64,000 nt of DNA from Paramoeba atlantica (lineage: Eukaryota > Protista > Discosea): positions 496,001 to 560,000 of the forward strand of contig CDRNVI010000020.1 in assembly GCA_977017575.1 (NCBI GenBank), in the 5' to 3' direction. The notes below the pieces were generated by a model. The model worked only from the letters and a program-made list of their open reading frames with translations. It searched no databases and was not told the origin of the DNA. The position numbers and the translations under genes are program-made. Shown here piece after piece: positions 41,918 through 52,521 of the stretch. How positions within the stretch are numbered: the stretch's first letter is position 1; every line of letters starts with the position of its first letter.

Positions 41918-42787
41918 ATGTTATTTCTTCCGACTACTATCACAAGGTCTCTTATCTTAGATGCTGCGGATAGTGCACCTAAGGCGGCTAGGGTACGTGG
42001 GGCTTTCCTTCCGCAGGAATATGATCTCTGTCGCGTCCTTCATAACATCTCTAATCACCATCCCTCATGGACTACAGAGACTCCGGCATGCAGTTGGAAA
42101 GACATAGAGTGTGACCACAATTTGCAAGTCATTAAAATTAAGTGGCACGCTATGAAGCTTCGTGGAACCATATCATGGTGTCGTATTCCATCGAGTGTAC
42201 AAGTTTTGATTTTAGGGAGTTTTTTTAGATCGGCAACGCAGAACATAATTACCGGCGAGCTTCCTGTTTTTGATTTGCCGCCTCGGCTAAGAAATTTTGT
42301 ATTGGATGGCAACAAGATGACGGGAAACATTGACTTGGATCATCTTCCTACAAATTTAACTGCTTTTGAAGCGGCGAAAAATTGCTTTAAGGGAACTGTA
42401 TCCCTGTCATCTCTACCTCGTCATCTAGTTGTGTTAGACCTTCAAGATAATCTGCTTTCAGGGGAGCTCGATCTGACAAGCTTACCTGCGAATTTGGAAA
42501 CAATGTATTTCGCAAATAATAATTTTAGTGGGAGCTTGATTCTTAAAGCTCTGCCGAAATCACTCAAACGACTTGATCTATGCGATAATAAACTAAGTGG
42601 AGAATTACAGTTCGATACGCTTCCGCCGAAAATGAAGTATCTTCTACTGAAGAATAATGAGTTTGACGGGCACCTTGACCTCCGAATGGTGCCAGAACAC
42701 TTTGTTACGCTAGATCTTCGGGGAAACAAAATTTCTTCCATAGTGCCAACTCCCTTCCCACCTGCCCTAAAATATGATCTACAATAA
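41918..42787 (+). CDS. LRR protein
   Basis: WTTETPACSWKDIECD cap and ~8 LRRs. Confidence 0.88.
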   Translation: MLFLPTTITRSLILDAADSAPKAARVRGAFLPQEYDLCRVLHNISNHHPSWTTETPACSWKDIECDHNLQVIKIKWHAMKLRGTISWCRIPSSVQVLILGSFFRSATQNIITGELPVFDLPPRLRNFVLDGNKMTGNIDLDHLPTNLTAFEAAKNCFKGTVSLSSLPRHLVVLDLQDNLLSGELDLTSLPANLETMYFANNNFSGSLILKALPKSLKRLDLCDNKLSGELQFDTLPPKMKYLLLKNNEFDGHLDLRMVPEHFVTLDLRGNKISSIVPTPFPPALKYDLQ

Positions 42788-42987
42788 AGCCATATTACTT
42801 TTAGAACGACGATTTAGATTCCAAATTTTAGAATAACCTCAATTATGTGCTTACAAAGATATCGTAATCCATATAAATGTTTTCTCTCTTTTTTCTATTT
42901 TTTTAACCTTTTCCTTCTCACAACTTTCTCCTATCCACTCTCTTTTCCTTTTCCTATCTCCCACCTCCCAACCCACACAAAACTAAA

Positions 42988-43500
42988 ATGAAAATCTTCA
43001 AATGCATTATCTCAGGAGACGAAGTTCTCTGTGACAACGACCGTCTGCTGCAGGAGGAGGACGATGTGGTCTACGTGGTCGAAGGGAAATACATCAGCGT
43101 CGGGGGCGAAGACTACGGAATCTCGGCCAATGTCGATGAGGACGCTGCAGAGGGCGCCACAGGGGAGGGAACCTCCGATAACAGCTCCAAAGTGGTCGAC
43201 ATTGTCCACACCAACCGTCTTGTGGAGGTCCCCTTCGATAAGAAGAGCTATGGGGCCTATTTGAAGGGTTACATGAAGGCACTGGTCGAAAAAATGCAAG
43301 AAAAGAATCCCGAGCGAGTGGATAAGTTCAAGGCCGGGGCTCAGACCTTTGTGAAAAAGGTTTTGGCGAATTTTGATGAATATCAATTCTTTTTGGGGGA
43401 AAGTATGGACGGGGAGGGTATCACCGTGTTGGCAAAGTGGGAAGGCGAGAAAGCGCTGTTTTATTACTTCAAAGATGGGCTGCGTGGAGAAAAGGTGTAA
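42988..43500 (+). CDS. TCTP: Translationally controlled tumour protein
   Basis: MKIFKCIISGDE, VDIVHTNRL, YLKGYMK, FFLGESMD and FKDGL..EK. Confidence 0.97.
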   Translation: MKIFKCIISGDEVLCDNDRLLQEEDDVVYVVEGKYISVGGEDYGISANVDEDAAEGATGEGTSDNSSKVVDIVHTNRLVEVPFDKKSYGAYLKGYMKALVEKMQEKNPERVDKFKAGAQTFVKKVLANFDEYQFFLGESMDGEGITVLAKWEGEKALFYYFKDGLRGEKV

Positions 43501-43888
43501 ACCTGTATGATCGAAGTAACGAAAACAGGATTTTAAAAATCAAAACAAAAGGAAGGCATAAAGGTAGCTTATTTTGAGTATTTAAAATACATAAATGTGC
43601 GTTCTTTGTAACTGATGCTTCCTTTTGTATTTTTATACTGATCCCGTTACATGCTAACCTTCTGGGCTTTTATGTTTCTCACTAAAATACATGCCGATAA
43701 CATGTAAGTCATAAGCGCAGGGCAATGCGTTATCTATTTGCATATTGGGCCTACATTTATGCCACATTTTTCATCACATCATACGGTTACAAAACATTTT
43801 TTTACGCAGTCCTAACTCTCTTTCCTTTATTTCCACAATTTTTAAAAAAAAGTCTCTCTTGTATTTCGCACTCATTTTTTTTTTCAAA

Positions 43889-44626
43889 ATGAGCACTTCC
43901 CCATCACCGTCTCTTCCCACCCACCCTCGCAAACGCACCAATTCCACCCAAGAACTATGCGCTGCCCCCTCCGACCGATTTCTGACCCGAGCAAAACGAC
44001 AAAACTACTCCTACGCCTCTCCTCTGGCCTCCGTGTCTTCCCTCTCCGCACGCCGACCGATTCGTAGCATTAAAATTCCCCATCATCGGTTTCCTCCGAT
44101 TAGAAGCAAGTGGATGTCAATTTATACCCCGCTGGTGGACCAATGCAAACTGGAAGTCCGGATGAACTTAAAAACCAAAAGCGTTGATTTGCGTTTGGGT
44201 CCGATGGCAGAAGAGAGTGAAAATCAAATTTTGGAATGTGATCACTCCGGGTTACTTCAAAAAGCGGAAGATTTTGTGCGAGCCGTTGTGTTGGGGTTTG
44301 AGGTCGCCGATGCGTTAGCGTTGCTGCGGCTGGATGATATTTATCTCGATGGGTTTGAGGTAAAAGATGTGAAAACACTTCGAGGAGAGAATTTAAGTCG
44401 ATGTATTGGTCGTATGAGTGGAAGTCATGGAAAAACAAAATTTGCGTTGGAAAATATTACCCGCACACGTATCGTTATTGCAGACACCCATTTGCACTTG
44501 ATGGGACATGTGCAAAACATTCGATTCGCAAAAGATGCGTTAGTCGATTTGATTCGGGGAAGTCCAGCAGCAAAGGTCATTGCGAAAACACGTAGGCTTA
44601 TGACACGCGTCAATGAGGTGTTGTAG
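43889..44626 (+). CDS. PNO1: Pre-rRNA processing KH protein Pno1/Dim2
   Basis: IPHHRFPPIRSKWMSIYTPLV, GFEVADALALLRLDDIY and LIRGSP. Confidence 0.95.
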   Translation: MSTSPSPSLPTHPRKRTNSTQELCAAPSDRFLTRAKRQNYSYASPLASVSSLSARRPIRSIKIPHHRFPPIRSKWMSIYTPLVDQCKLEVRMNLKTKSVDLRLGPMAEESENQILECDHSGLLQKAEDFVRAVVLGFEVADALALLRLDDIYLDGFEVKDVKTLRGENLSRCIGRMSGSHGKTKFALENITRTRIVIADTHLHLMGHVQNIRFAKDALVDLIRGSPAAKVIAKTRRLMTRVNEVL

Positions 44627-44847
44627 GAACGAGTTTTTTTATTTCCTTATGGTGTATTTCGTATGTTGTTCGTGCAATATTTTCATTGGGCAAATTGATG
44701 AAAATTTTATCCGTGCGTGTTTGTGTATGCGCTTACTGAACTGCAATAATTCTCTTCATTGCTTTCTGTATTCTTGTTCTCAATTGCACTATATCTGCAC
44801 GAAAATATTCATCTCTTTTACGCAATCTCTTTCTGATTTAAATACTA

Positions 44848-45198
44848 ATGAACTTCGCCCTTCTTCTTCTCTATTTCTTCACTGCTTTTGCTGGAGTATT
44901 CTGCTTAACCTCGCATCCGTTCCTACATACTTTTGCTGCCCGAAAGGTTGAAAAATCGATCAAAGGTAGGAAAATACCAGTCCAGCGAGGAAGCAACTTT
45001 TGGAGTGCTGTTGAAACAGTGGCCGACCGAGTGCACCAATATCGTGGAAAAGCGAAGGCAGGGACCTCGCAACATGCGAAGCCTTACTTACACGTCGATG
45101 CACCAACAGTCTCACAGCTTGCAACTGGTAAATCGTTTGGCCGGTTGAAGAGAGCTCCAGTACAAACGGAGCGCACTGCGACCCTAAAGAAGAAGTAA
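44848..45198 (+). CDS. Small basic hypothetical protein with a signal/anchor peptide
   Basis: 116-aa ORF co-oriented with the cluster, hydrophobic N-terminus; no recognised family. Confidence 0.4.
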   Translation: MNFALLLLYFFTAFAGVFCLTSHPFLHTFAARKVEKSIKGRKIPVQRGSNFWSAVETVADRVHQYRGKAKAGTSQHAKPYLHVDAPTVSQLATGKSFGRLKRAPVQTERTATLKKK

Positions 45199-45568
45199 CT
45201 GGGAATATTTTGTGAACAGAATTACATTTTTTGCTTTTACTTCTTGTGTACAGAATGGAATTCTTGTGTATAGAATAGTTCACGCAGATCGATTTCTTTC
45301 TTATTGTGAAGGATACTGTGTACTTTTCTTGTTTTTTGATTAAATTTCCAGCTTTTACATGCTTTTTGCTCTACAATTTTTTTAGATACATTCATAAACA
45401 TCTCGCACCGGACAGAGTGTACATGGATATGGGGTTGTTTGCCTTTCCAGAGGGCCTATATTTTTGATTCTTTTTAACATCTTTCTTTGTCTGCTTCTTT
45501 GATTTCTAAAAACCGAATCACTAGTACGACTCTATTTTTTATCCCTTCCTACTCCATCTGAACGCATT

Positions 45569-47125
45569 ATGGATTTTCCTTTTCCCGATCTCTTTCGCTC
45601 TGCCTTCTTCGACGCTTTTTCTGCTCCTTATCCCACGAACTCTACAAACGCAAGGCGATCAAATCACCGCAGCACGACCCAGAGGACATCTAGTGGTATT
45701 CCACCTTCTTTTCGGCCCTTCTTTCCTCAATCCGCGCTATCCTCAAGCCCCCCTAGCACCCTTTCACGTGAAATTCATATTCGTTTAGAGGACTGCTTTA
45801 CTGGAACTGTGCTCTCCGTTTCCTATGAACGACAGAAAAAGTGTTCTCATTGCCTCGGCTGTGGTTCACTTGATAATCCAAATGGTGAAAGGAACAATTT
45901 AAACGCTATGCAAACCTCAGGTTCTGCTCCTCACTCTTCTTTCTCTTCTGTATTTCCTAAATGTGATGTTTGCAAGGGAAATGGTCGAATTTTCACCTCG
46001 AATCCAAAGCAAGCACAATCAGAAACCGTAAGAAAAAGAAAATTTGCTCCTTGCCATCATTGTCAAGGCACGGGTGAGAGCTCGATGACTTGTCCCGATT
46101 GTAGGGGAAGTGGAAAACGTTCTTCTGGCGTTTCGTTTGGTACAAACGGTTATCGAGTATCAAGAAACTCACGGCTTGTTCCATGCGACTCTTGCCATGC
46201 GAAAGGTAAAGTTGCAAAACGAGTTGCATGTACCTTTTGTAGTGAAAAGGGTTTAATCTTACAAGAGACCACATTTTCTCTTACGATAGAGCCTGGAGTG
46301 GAAGACGGGGACGAACTTGTTTTCAAAAATCGCGGTCACGAAAGAGTGTTTTACGACGTAAACGCATCCAACACTTCGAATATCTTATCTACGTCTCGCT
46401 TGCTTTGCGGAGATCTGAAAATAATTATTCGCGTGCTTCCGCATTCTTGTTTTCAACGTGTTGGACCGGATTTGTATTTCACAAAAACACTTCCCTTAAG
46501 TCACGCATTGCTTGGGTGCCGCTTTTCGTTTAAGCACTTAGATGGCTCTCCCATTTGCGTTGATACAGAAAATGTGATTCTAAATGGAAAGGAGTCACGA
46601 CGCATAGCAGGAGAGGGGATGCCGAAGCGTGGTTCTTCTTCCAAACGCGAGTCTAAAATCAGACGGATGCAAAACAGGAATATACAGGCACTTTCGACAG
46701 GAGTTCACTCTGATCGTTCCTCGAGGATTTCTGGTAACAAAGAACTCACTGACTCCGAGAGAGGTGATTTAATTTTGAAGTTCAAAGTGGAGTTTCCGGA
46801 ACGTTTGTCGGAGTCAGCACGCGAGCTTCTTGAGAAACAGATTCCTCGCGATGCTCACGAAAACACTTCAAAAGGTCGTTCCCAAGGCCACGCACGTGGA
46901 GCAATTATTTTACCTTGCAAAACGGATACAAATACTGACGATTCCAATGAAACTCTTCATCAGGAATATTGTATCGCGCACAAACAGTCCCGCGAGCGCT
47001 ACCTTTCAGATGTTCAGAATGCCAAAGAGTTTGAATCCTTGAAGGAGGATCCCGAAATTCAAACAGATGACATATTCGAAGCGGAATACGGAATACCTGG
47101 TACTTCGGGGTGTTCTGTTCAATAA
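45569..47125 (+). CDS. DnaJA-like protein lacking a J-domain; six CxxC motifs; CaaX
   Basis: IRLEDCFTG, six CxxCxxxG motifs, DnaJ_C (IEPG, GDLKIII, GEGMP, GDLILKF) and C-terminal CSVQ. Confidence 0.85.
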   Translation: MDFPFPDLFRSAFFDAFSAPYPTNSTNARRSNHRSTTQRTSSGIPPSFRPFFPQSALSSSPPSTLSREIHIRLEDCFTGTVLSVSYERQKKCSHCLGCGSLDNPNGERNNLNAMQTSGSAPHSSFSSVFPKCDVCKGNGRIFTSNPKQAQSETVRKRKFAPCHHCQGTGESSMTCPDCRGSGKRSSGVSFGTNGYRVSRNSRLVPCDSCHAKGKVAKRVACTFCSEKGLILQETTFSLTIEPGVEDGDELVFKNRGHERVFYDVNASNTSNILSTSRLLCGDLKIIIRVLPHSCFQRVGPDLYFTKTLPLSHALLGCRFSFKHLDGSPICVDTENVILNGKESRRIAGEGMPKRGSSSKRESKIRRMQNRNIQALSTGVHSDRSSRISGNKELTDSERGDLILKFKVEFPERLSESARELLEKQIPRDAHENTSKGRSQGHARGAIILPCKTDTNTDDSNETLHQEYCIAHKQSRERYLSDVQNAKEFESLKEDPEIQTDDIFEAEYGIPGTSGCSVQ

Positions 47126-47333
47126 AAGAAATTCAATGTAGTGGGCGGCAAACCCTTGATTTTTTATTTCGTCATCTCATTTTCTTATTTTTCATGTTCC
47201 TTTCAATTTTTCTGTCGTACATGCGCTAATCTGATTTCTTGTTTATTTTCAGCACAGAACACTCTTCAACATCCTTTTTCCTTTACAAAAACAGAATCTC
47301 TACCCTCTTTCACCCTTTTCCCCTCGCTTCCCC

Positions 47334-48029
47334 ATGTCTTTTTCCCTCTTCTTTTCACTCTCTCCTTCCTCCCCCTTCCCCTTACCCCTCCCCTGCTCGG
47401 ATACCCCCGTACGCCGGGGTAAAGTCCGGGCCTCGATTTTCACTCCCGAATACGCGCTCTCTCAATTCATCCAGCATCTTCACCCCCACCACCCGAGTTG
47501 GGTTCAGCACAACCATGGCTGCACGTGGAATGGAATACGCTGCGATGGGTCGCTTGAAATCGTGCTCGGAATCAACTGGTCCGGACTAAAGCTCTGCGGA
47601 GAGCCCTCCTGGGGTTTTCTCCCGGCCAGGGTCCAGGACGTGGACTTGGGGTGTGGATGGTACGAAAGTGTAAACTATCTAACGGGGTCGGTTCCGTTTA
47701 CCGAGCTCCCGGTGAGTTTGCTTTCTTTTGTGCTGCAACGGAATCGGTTTTCCGGTGGGGCGGATCTTACGCAGCTCCCACCGTCCCTTTTTGCGTTGGA
47801 CCTTCGGCGCAATATGTTTGATGGGGAGCTTAATTTGATGTCACTTCCGAAATCACTGACGCATCTGTTTTTAAGTGATAATGATTTTTCGGGAACTGTG
47901 GATTTCTCCGCGCTTCCCAAGGGATTGCTTTCTGTGGAAATGCGTCACTTAAATCTCAGCTGCGTTCAGGGACAAAATGTACCTTCGATTGTATCGGCAA
48001 ACGGTTTTCGCTCAAAACCAGTTTCTTGA
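47334..48029 (+). CDS. LRR protein
   Basis: SWVQHNHGCTWNGIRCD cap and ~5 LRRs. Confidence 0.85.
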   Translation: MSFSLFFSLSPSSPFPLPLPCSDTPVRRGKVRASIFTPEYALSQFIQHLHPHHPSWVQHNHGCTWNGIRCDGSLEIVLGINWSGLKLCGEPSWGFLPARVQDVDLGCGWYESVNYLTGSVPFTELPVSLLSFVLQRNRFSGGADLTQLPPSLFALDLRRNMFDGELNLMSLPKSLTHLFLSDNDFSGTVDFSALPKGLLSVEMRHLNLSCVQGQNVPSIVSANGFRSKPVS

Positions 48030-48242
48030 TCCGTCATTTGTAGTAAAAAACATTTTGAAACCTTATTCTTTTAGTTTAGTTGAAGACTCCTTCATGCGGC
48101 TTATCCGCAGAAAGCCTGTTTTTGACATGCAATTTTTTATAATGGACCATCTCCAAGGCATTTACCCGGAATTTCGTTTACATTTTCCTTCGTTTTAGCT
48201 TCTCGCCCTTTCCCTTCTCTTCGCAACACTCATCATTCACTC

Positions 48243-51200
48243 ATGAAATTCGGCGAGCAAATCAAAGTCCTCACCATCCCCGAGTGGTCCCGCATGTATG
48301 TAGACTATGAGGATGGAAAAAACTTGATCTACACTTTACGCGAGGACTTGGAGGAATATCACACCCTCATCGAGGCGCACCACATCACACTTTCCCAATA
48401 CGAGGTCGACCCGAAACGTCCTGGGACGGGATCCTCCTCTCTTGGATTCATGTGCCCTCGGCGTATTCGAGGCACCTTTCGTTTCTCTCGAGAGAAATCA
48501 CAGCCCCCTTCCTACTACTCCGTAGAGATGCCTGTGGTGGAGGAAACCACCCGAAATTTCGGAGAAAACAGTCCTCTGCCTCCCTCCTCAAAATTTACCT
48601 CCTCCCACCCCTCTCACTTCACCGAGAAACGTCCACGAAGTCTAAGCAAACTCCACGCCATGTCCATTGAACACCTCCCCGAGTTGGACTACTCCCTGTT
48701 TCCTGGTTCCGCCCACCCCGTCCACACCCCCGCCTCAAGTGAGTTACCCCACCTCCCCTCCCCTCCCCCGGAGGAGCTACCCCACCCTCCCTTTGTGGAA
48801 ATTGACCCCGGAAACCCCCGAAATGGCCATCCCCCCAAATGGGAATCTGCCCTCCCCCCCACCCCCTCCACTGTGCTCCACCTAGGGCTCCAGCACAGCC
48901 TGGAAGAGCCCACTACGTTGGAGCCACGACCGCAAAGTTCTGAAACCTCCGAGTCCCCCTCGGTGACCGTCACGGTCCCCCCATCCCCCGGGGCGCTGCT
49001 CCCCACAAAGGCTTCACAAAAAGAGGTGAAGATTTCTTCTTCTGCTTCTTCTGCTGTTTCTTCTTCTGCTTCTTCTGCTGTTTCTTCTTCTCCCTTTTCC
49101 GTTTCGGAGAACACAAGGCGTTTAGCCCCGGTGTCCTCTCCCCCGGGGTGGGTCCCTCCCGCAGGGGAGTCCTCCCCGTTAATTGACATGGAGGTGTTGC
49201 CGTTTTATCCGGCAGAGCGGGGCAGCGCACGGGGTGGTGGTTATGAGACACCGGGGGAGACGCGAGCCCCACTCGCGACGACCCCCATCCGTCGAAGTTT
49301 GTCGAAACTTCGTCCCCCTGCCCAGGCCGTGCTGCTCCCCCCGAGTGCCACCGGGGAAGGGGAAAAAGAGGAACAGGAGCTGGAGGAAAAGCCCGGGGTC
49401 GTTTTCTCGGCGCTCGTGGGTACGCCCCAGGGCTCGGAGGGTATGGAATCGCCTGGGGTGGTGCAAAGGGAAGCGCCTCCACGACAAGGGGTACTCGTGT
49501 CGCCTTTTCTACGTGCGTCGGGGGTGCAGAAAATGTCCGAGATTTCTTGGATTTTACATCGTGTGGCGCATCTCTACCGTTCCATGAATCAGGAAATGGG
49601 AAACTGGATTTTGAGGGAGTGTCGAAAGGTGAATCGGTTTTACATGTCTCGCGCGCAGTTTATAGCGAACCGCGCTGCGTTGTTGCTGGATCGAGCTAAA
49701 ATGGTTGCTACAATGTCCAGTTTGGAGAAACAACGTCTGCGACAGGGTATGGAAGAGGCGTATTTTGCTCTTGATTTGTTGCGCTCCTATTGCACAGTGA
49801 ACTCCATTGCGTTTTGCAAAATTTTAAAGAAGTTTGACAAAAACACGCTTCAAAATTGTCGAGAGGACGTCACGCAGTATCTTTCGTCTAGGTGGTTTTT
49901 CCAAACCACTCACAGCATTGACTCCTCTCCAAATCGAAGACTGAAGGATCTCTTAGTTAAAGTCTACGCTGATCTGTTTTGTCAAGGATCGATGAAAACC
50001 GCGCGAACGTTTCTGCATGTAAAGAAGCACGACGAACGACAAAAGGAGTCACGCTCTCCTTTATTCCTCACGGGTTTCTTTTCCGGAGCCACGCTTGCCA
50101 TCTTTGTGTTGCTCCTTTTCGAGTACTGCTCACATTACTCCGAAATCTCTTCTCTCTCAGAGGCGAGTGTCTCGCGGTCGCAGTTTATTTTCTCTCTCGG
50201 CTACGTCGGGACGTTTCTCCTTCTCTCCTTTGCTTTGGTCGTTCTAATTTGGGAGTCCTACGGCATCAACTATGCCTTTATCTTGGAACTGGACCTACGA
50301 AAGCACTTTACGGCGTTCGGTTTGATGTGCCTTGCCTTCCTGCAACTCCTTATCGGGGTGACGTGCGCTTATGGTTTTCTCCACAGCGCGCTCTTTACCG
50401 AGGGCTATAGCCTCACCCCGAACGCCCCGACCTACGCCTACCTTTTCGCTGCCCTGAGCGTTTTGCTTACGTTTCTTTTTCACCTCCGTCATCGGTTTTC
50501 TTCCCACTGGCTGTGGCATCATTTACTTCGTGCCTTTGCGGCCCCCTGGTACCGGGTTCGATTCGCGGATTTCTTTTTAATGGATTATTTATGCTCCATG
50601 ACCGATGTCCTCGGGGAGCTTCCCACAGCGCTATGTGTGTGGGAATATCCATCTTCCGCAACAAACGCTTTTTGTCTCGGATACCGCACATGGCGAATTC
50701 CGCTGCTCCCGGCGTTGCCTCACATGCTTCGTCTGCTGCAGTGTCTACGTCGGTACCGTGACCAGGAAGGGGATAGCCTTCACCCGAATTTAACAAACGC
50801 GATGAAATACGCTGCTGGGCTTTTACAACTCGTTTTAGGGTTTGTTTTGTTGGTGTGTAAACGAATGTTTGGGATGCAGTCTGTCGCGTTTGCGGTGATG
50901 GAAGGGGTATGGCTGTTTGCGGCTTTTTCCGATGCCTCTTATAAACTTTTATGGGACTATCACATGGATTGGGGTTTGTTGTCATTTTTTCGTAATCGTG
51001 GGTCGCGGGATCCGCTTTTACGGGAACAGCTGTGGTATCCTCGATGGGCGTATTTCTCGAGCGCAGCTGTTAACGCAGTGTTACGCTTTCTGTGGCTCAT
51101 CCGGCATATTTTCTTCCCCAATTGGGGACGATCGTTACTGTTCTCTGGTTGGGGGTGGATTCTGTGGGTAAGTCTTGAGCTCACACGTCGCGCCATGTGG

Positions 51201-51818
51201 GCGGTGCTGCGACTGGAGAACGAGCAGCTCAATAATTTTGAGAACTACCGAGCGGTGAATATTACCCCACCGGATGCAATCTCCTCTTCTTCCTCCTCGC
51301 CGTCTTGTGCGGAGAATGCGAACTCCGATATGCATGCCCCAATTGATTTAATTCTTCGTGAAACTGACAAGGAGATTCAGCGACGGATGGAGGGGTCACA
51401 AGGTCCGGAAAAAAACACCACAAATTCCGGGACCCGTTCCTCTTCTTCTCCCCTGTCTTCTTCCGCCGCAACAGATCTGTTTTATCTCATTCCCAACGTG
51501 AAGCTGAAATACCAAACCAAACTTACATCTTTTTTTGCCCATCTTCCAGAGCACGCAAAAGTTCGCGTGCTACAATATCAGTACCCCGGACAATCGTTTG
51601 CGCTACGAAAGGACACGGGTAAAACGATTCGGTTTGCGACCATGCATGAGGAAGATAAGGTGTGTGCGCTGTACCACTTACTGGGAGGTCTCACGATTGA
51701 GCAGTACTGCCGCTCCCATGGATTGCTTCACTGGCTGCGGCCCTCACGACCGGAGAAGCGCTCACACAGTAGTGTTCGGAGGTCGAAGTCAGTGCCAAGA
51801 CCCTCTCCAAAAACATGA
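48243..51818 (+). CDS. XPR1: SPX-EXS phosphate exporter (XPR1/SYG1/PHO1 family)
   Basis: MKFGEQI..PEWSRMYVDY, KVNRFY, VNSIAFCKILKKFDK; EXS motifs FADFFLMDYLCS, NAMKY, WDYHMDWGL and WAVLRLENEQLNN. Confidence 0.93.
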   Translation: MKFGEQIKVLTIPEWSRMYVDYEDGKNLIYTLREDLEEYHTLIEAHHITLSQYEVDPKRPGTGSSSLGFMCPRRIRGTFRFSREKSQPPSYYSVEMPVVEETTRNFGENSPLPPSSKFTSSHPSHFTEKRPRSLSKLHAMSIEHLPELDYSLFPGSAHPVHTPASSELPHLPSPPPEELPHPPFVEIDPGNPRNGHPPKWESALPPTPSTVLHLGLQHSLEEPTTLEPRPQSSETSESPSVTVTVPPSPGALLPTKASQKEVKISSSASSAVSSSASSAVSSSPFSVSENTRRLAPVSSPPGWVPPAGESSPLIDMEVLPFYPAERGSARGGGYETPGETRAPLATTPIRRSLSKLRPPAQAVLLPPSATGEGEKEEQELEEKPGVVFSALVGTPQGSEGMESPGVVQREAPPRQGVLVSPFLRASGVQKMSEISWILHRVAHLYRSMNQEMGNWILRECRKVNRFYMSRAQFIANRAALLLDRAKMVATMSSLEKQRLRQGMEEAYFALDLLRSYCTVNSIAFCKILKKFDKNTLQNCREDVTQYLSSRWFFQTTHSIDSSPNRRLKDLLVKVYADLFCQGSMKTARTFLHVKKHDERQKESRSPLFLTGFFSGATLAIFVLLLFEYCSHYSEISSLSEASVSRSQFIFSLGYVGTFLLLSFALVVLIWESYGINYAFILELDLRKHFTAFGLMCLAFLQLLIGVTCAYGFLHSALFTEGYSLTPNAPTYAYLFAALSVLLTFLFHLRHRFSSHWLWHHLLRAFAAPWYRVRFADFFLMDYLCSMTDVLGELPTALCVWEYPSSATNAFCLGYRTWRIPLLPALPHMLRLLQCLRRYRDQEGDSLHPNLTNAMKYAAGLLQLVLGFVLLVCKRMFGMQSVAFAVMEGVWLFAAFSDASYKLLWDYHMDWGLLSFFRNRGSRDPLLREQLWYPRWAYFSSAAVNAVLRFLWLIRHIFFPNWGRSLLFSGWGWILWVSLELTRRAMWAVLRLENEQLNNFENYRAVNITPPDAISSSSSSPSCAENANSDMHAPIDLILRETDKEIQRRMEGSQGPEKNTTNSGTRSSSSPLSSSAATDLFYLIPNVKLKYQTKLTSFFAHLPEHAKVRVLQYQYPGQSFALRKDTGKTIRFATMHEEDKVCALYHLLGGLTIEQYCRSHGLLHWLRPSRPEKRSHSSVRRSKSVPRPSPKT

Positions 51819-52521
51819 CTTACTTAGGCGTCTGGTTTTTTGTGCAAATTTTATTTTTGTTTTTTAGCTCACATACACTGTACTTTGTATTCGTTTCATG
51901 ATTTGGTTTTACGACACAAAATTGTGAAGCGAGTTGATTTCTTTGAATCCATCCACGATCTGGACAGCACTGTATGTATGGCGCAACAGTAGAGTAAGTG
52001 CTTCGTACGAGCATGGAAATTATTTTTTATGCACCGGCAAATTATAAATATGAATGCTTTTACATTGCGCGTAAGCATGGATACATGAAGTAGACTTAAT
52101 CTGTGTTTGTGCGCAAACTGGTCTGCAAAGATGATTCTTTGCAGCACTGTATACTTGGGCTCTCTTGCGTTAGGTCGGTGTTTTCTTGCGTTCTTTGTTT
52201 CGTTTCTTTTCTCGTCGGGTTTGTGGACGAAACAAAAGAGGTTCACAATTCACACTACAAAATATCGTATACACCACGGGAAAAGTATCTTCTCAAAAAC
52301 GGTTGGCCTAAAAAGTATTATCTTTTTTGTGGCGACCATTTTTTAATAATTTTAACCTCTTTTTACTTGTTAACGAGTTTCTGATTAATTTTGATTCTAA
52401 ATAGTTCTTTATAATAAGATTTTTGTTAGTATCGACCAAATTTTTGTTGTCGATACCAATAAAGTATAATACTCTTTCCATACAAACTCTTCATTTTACC
52501 TTCTTTGGTGGTTTTCATCTA

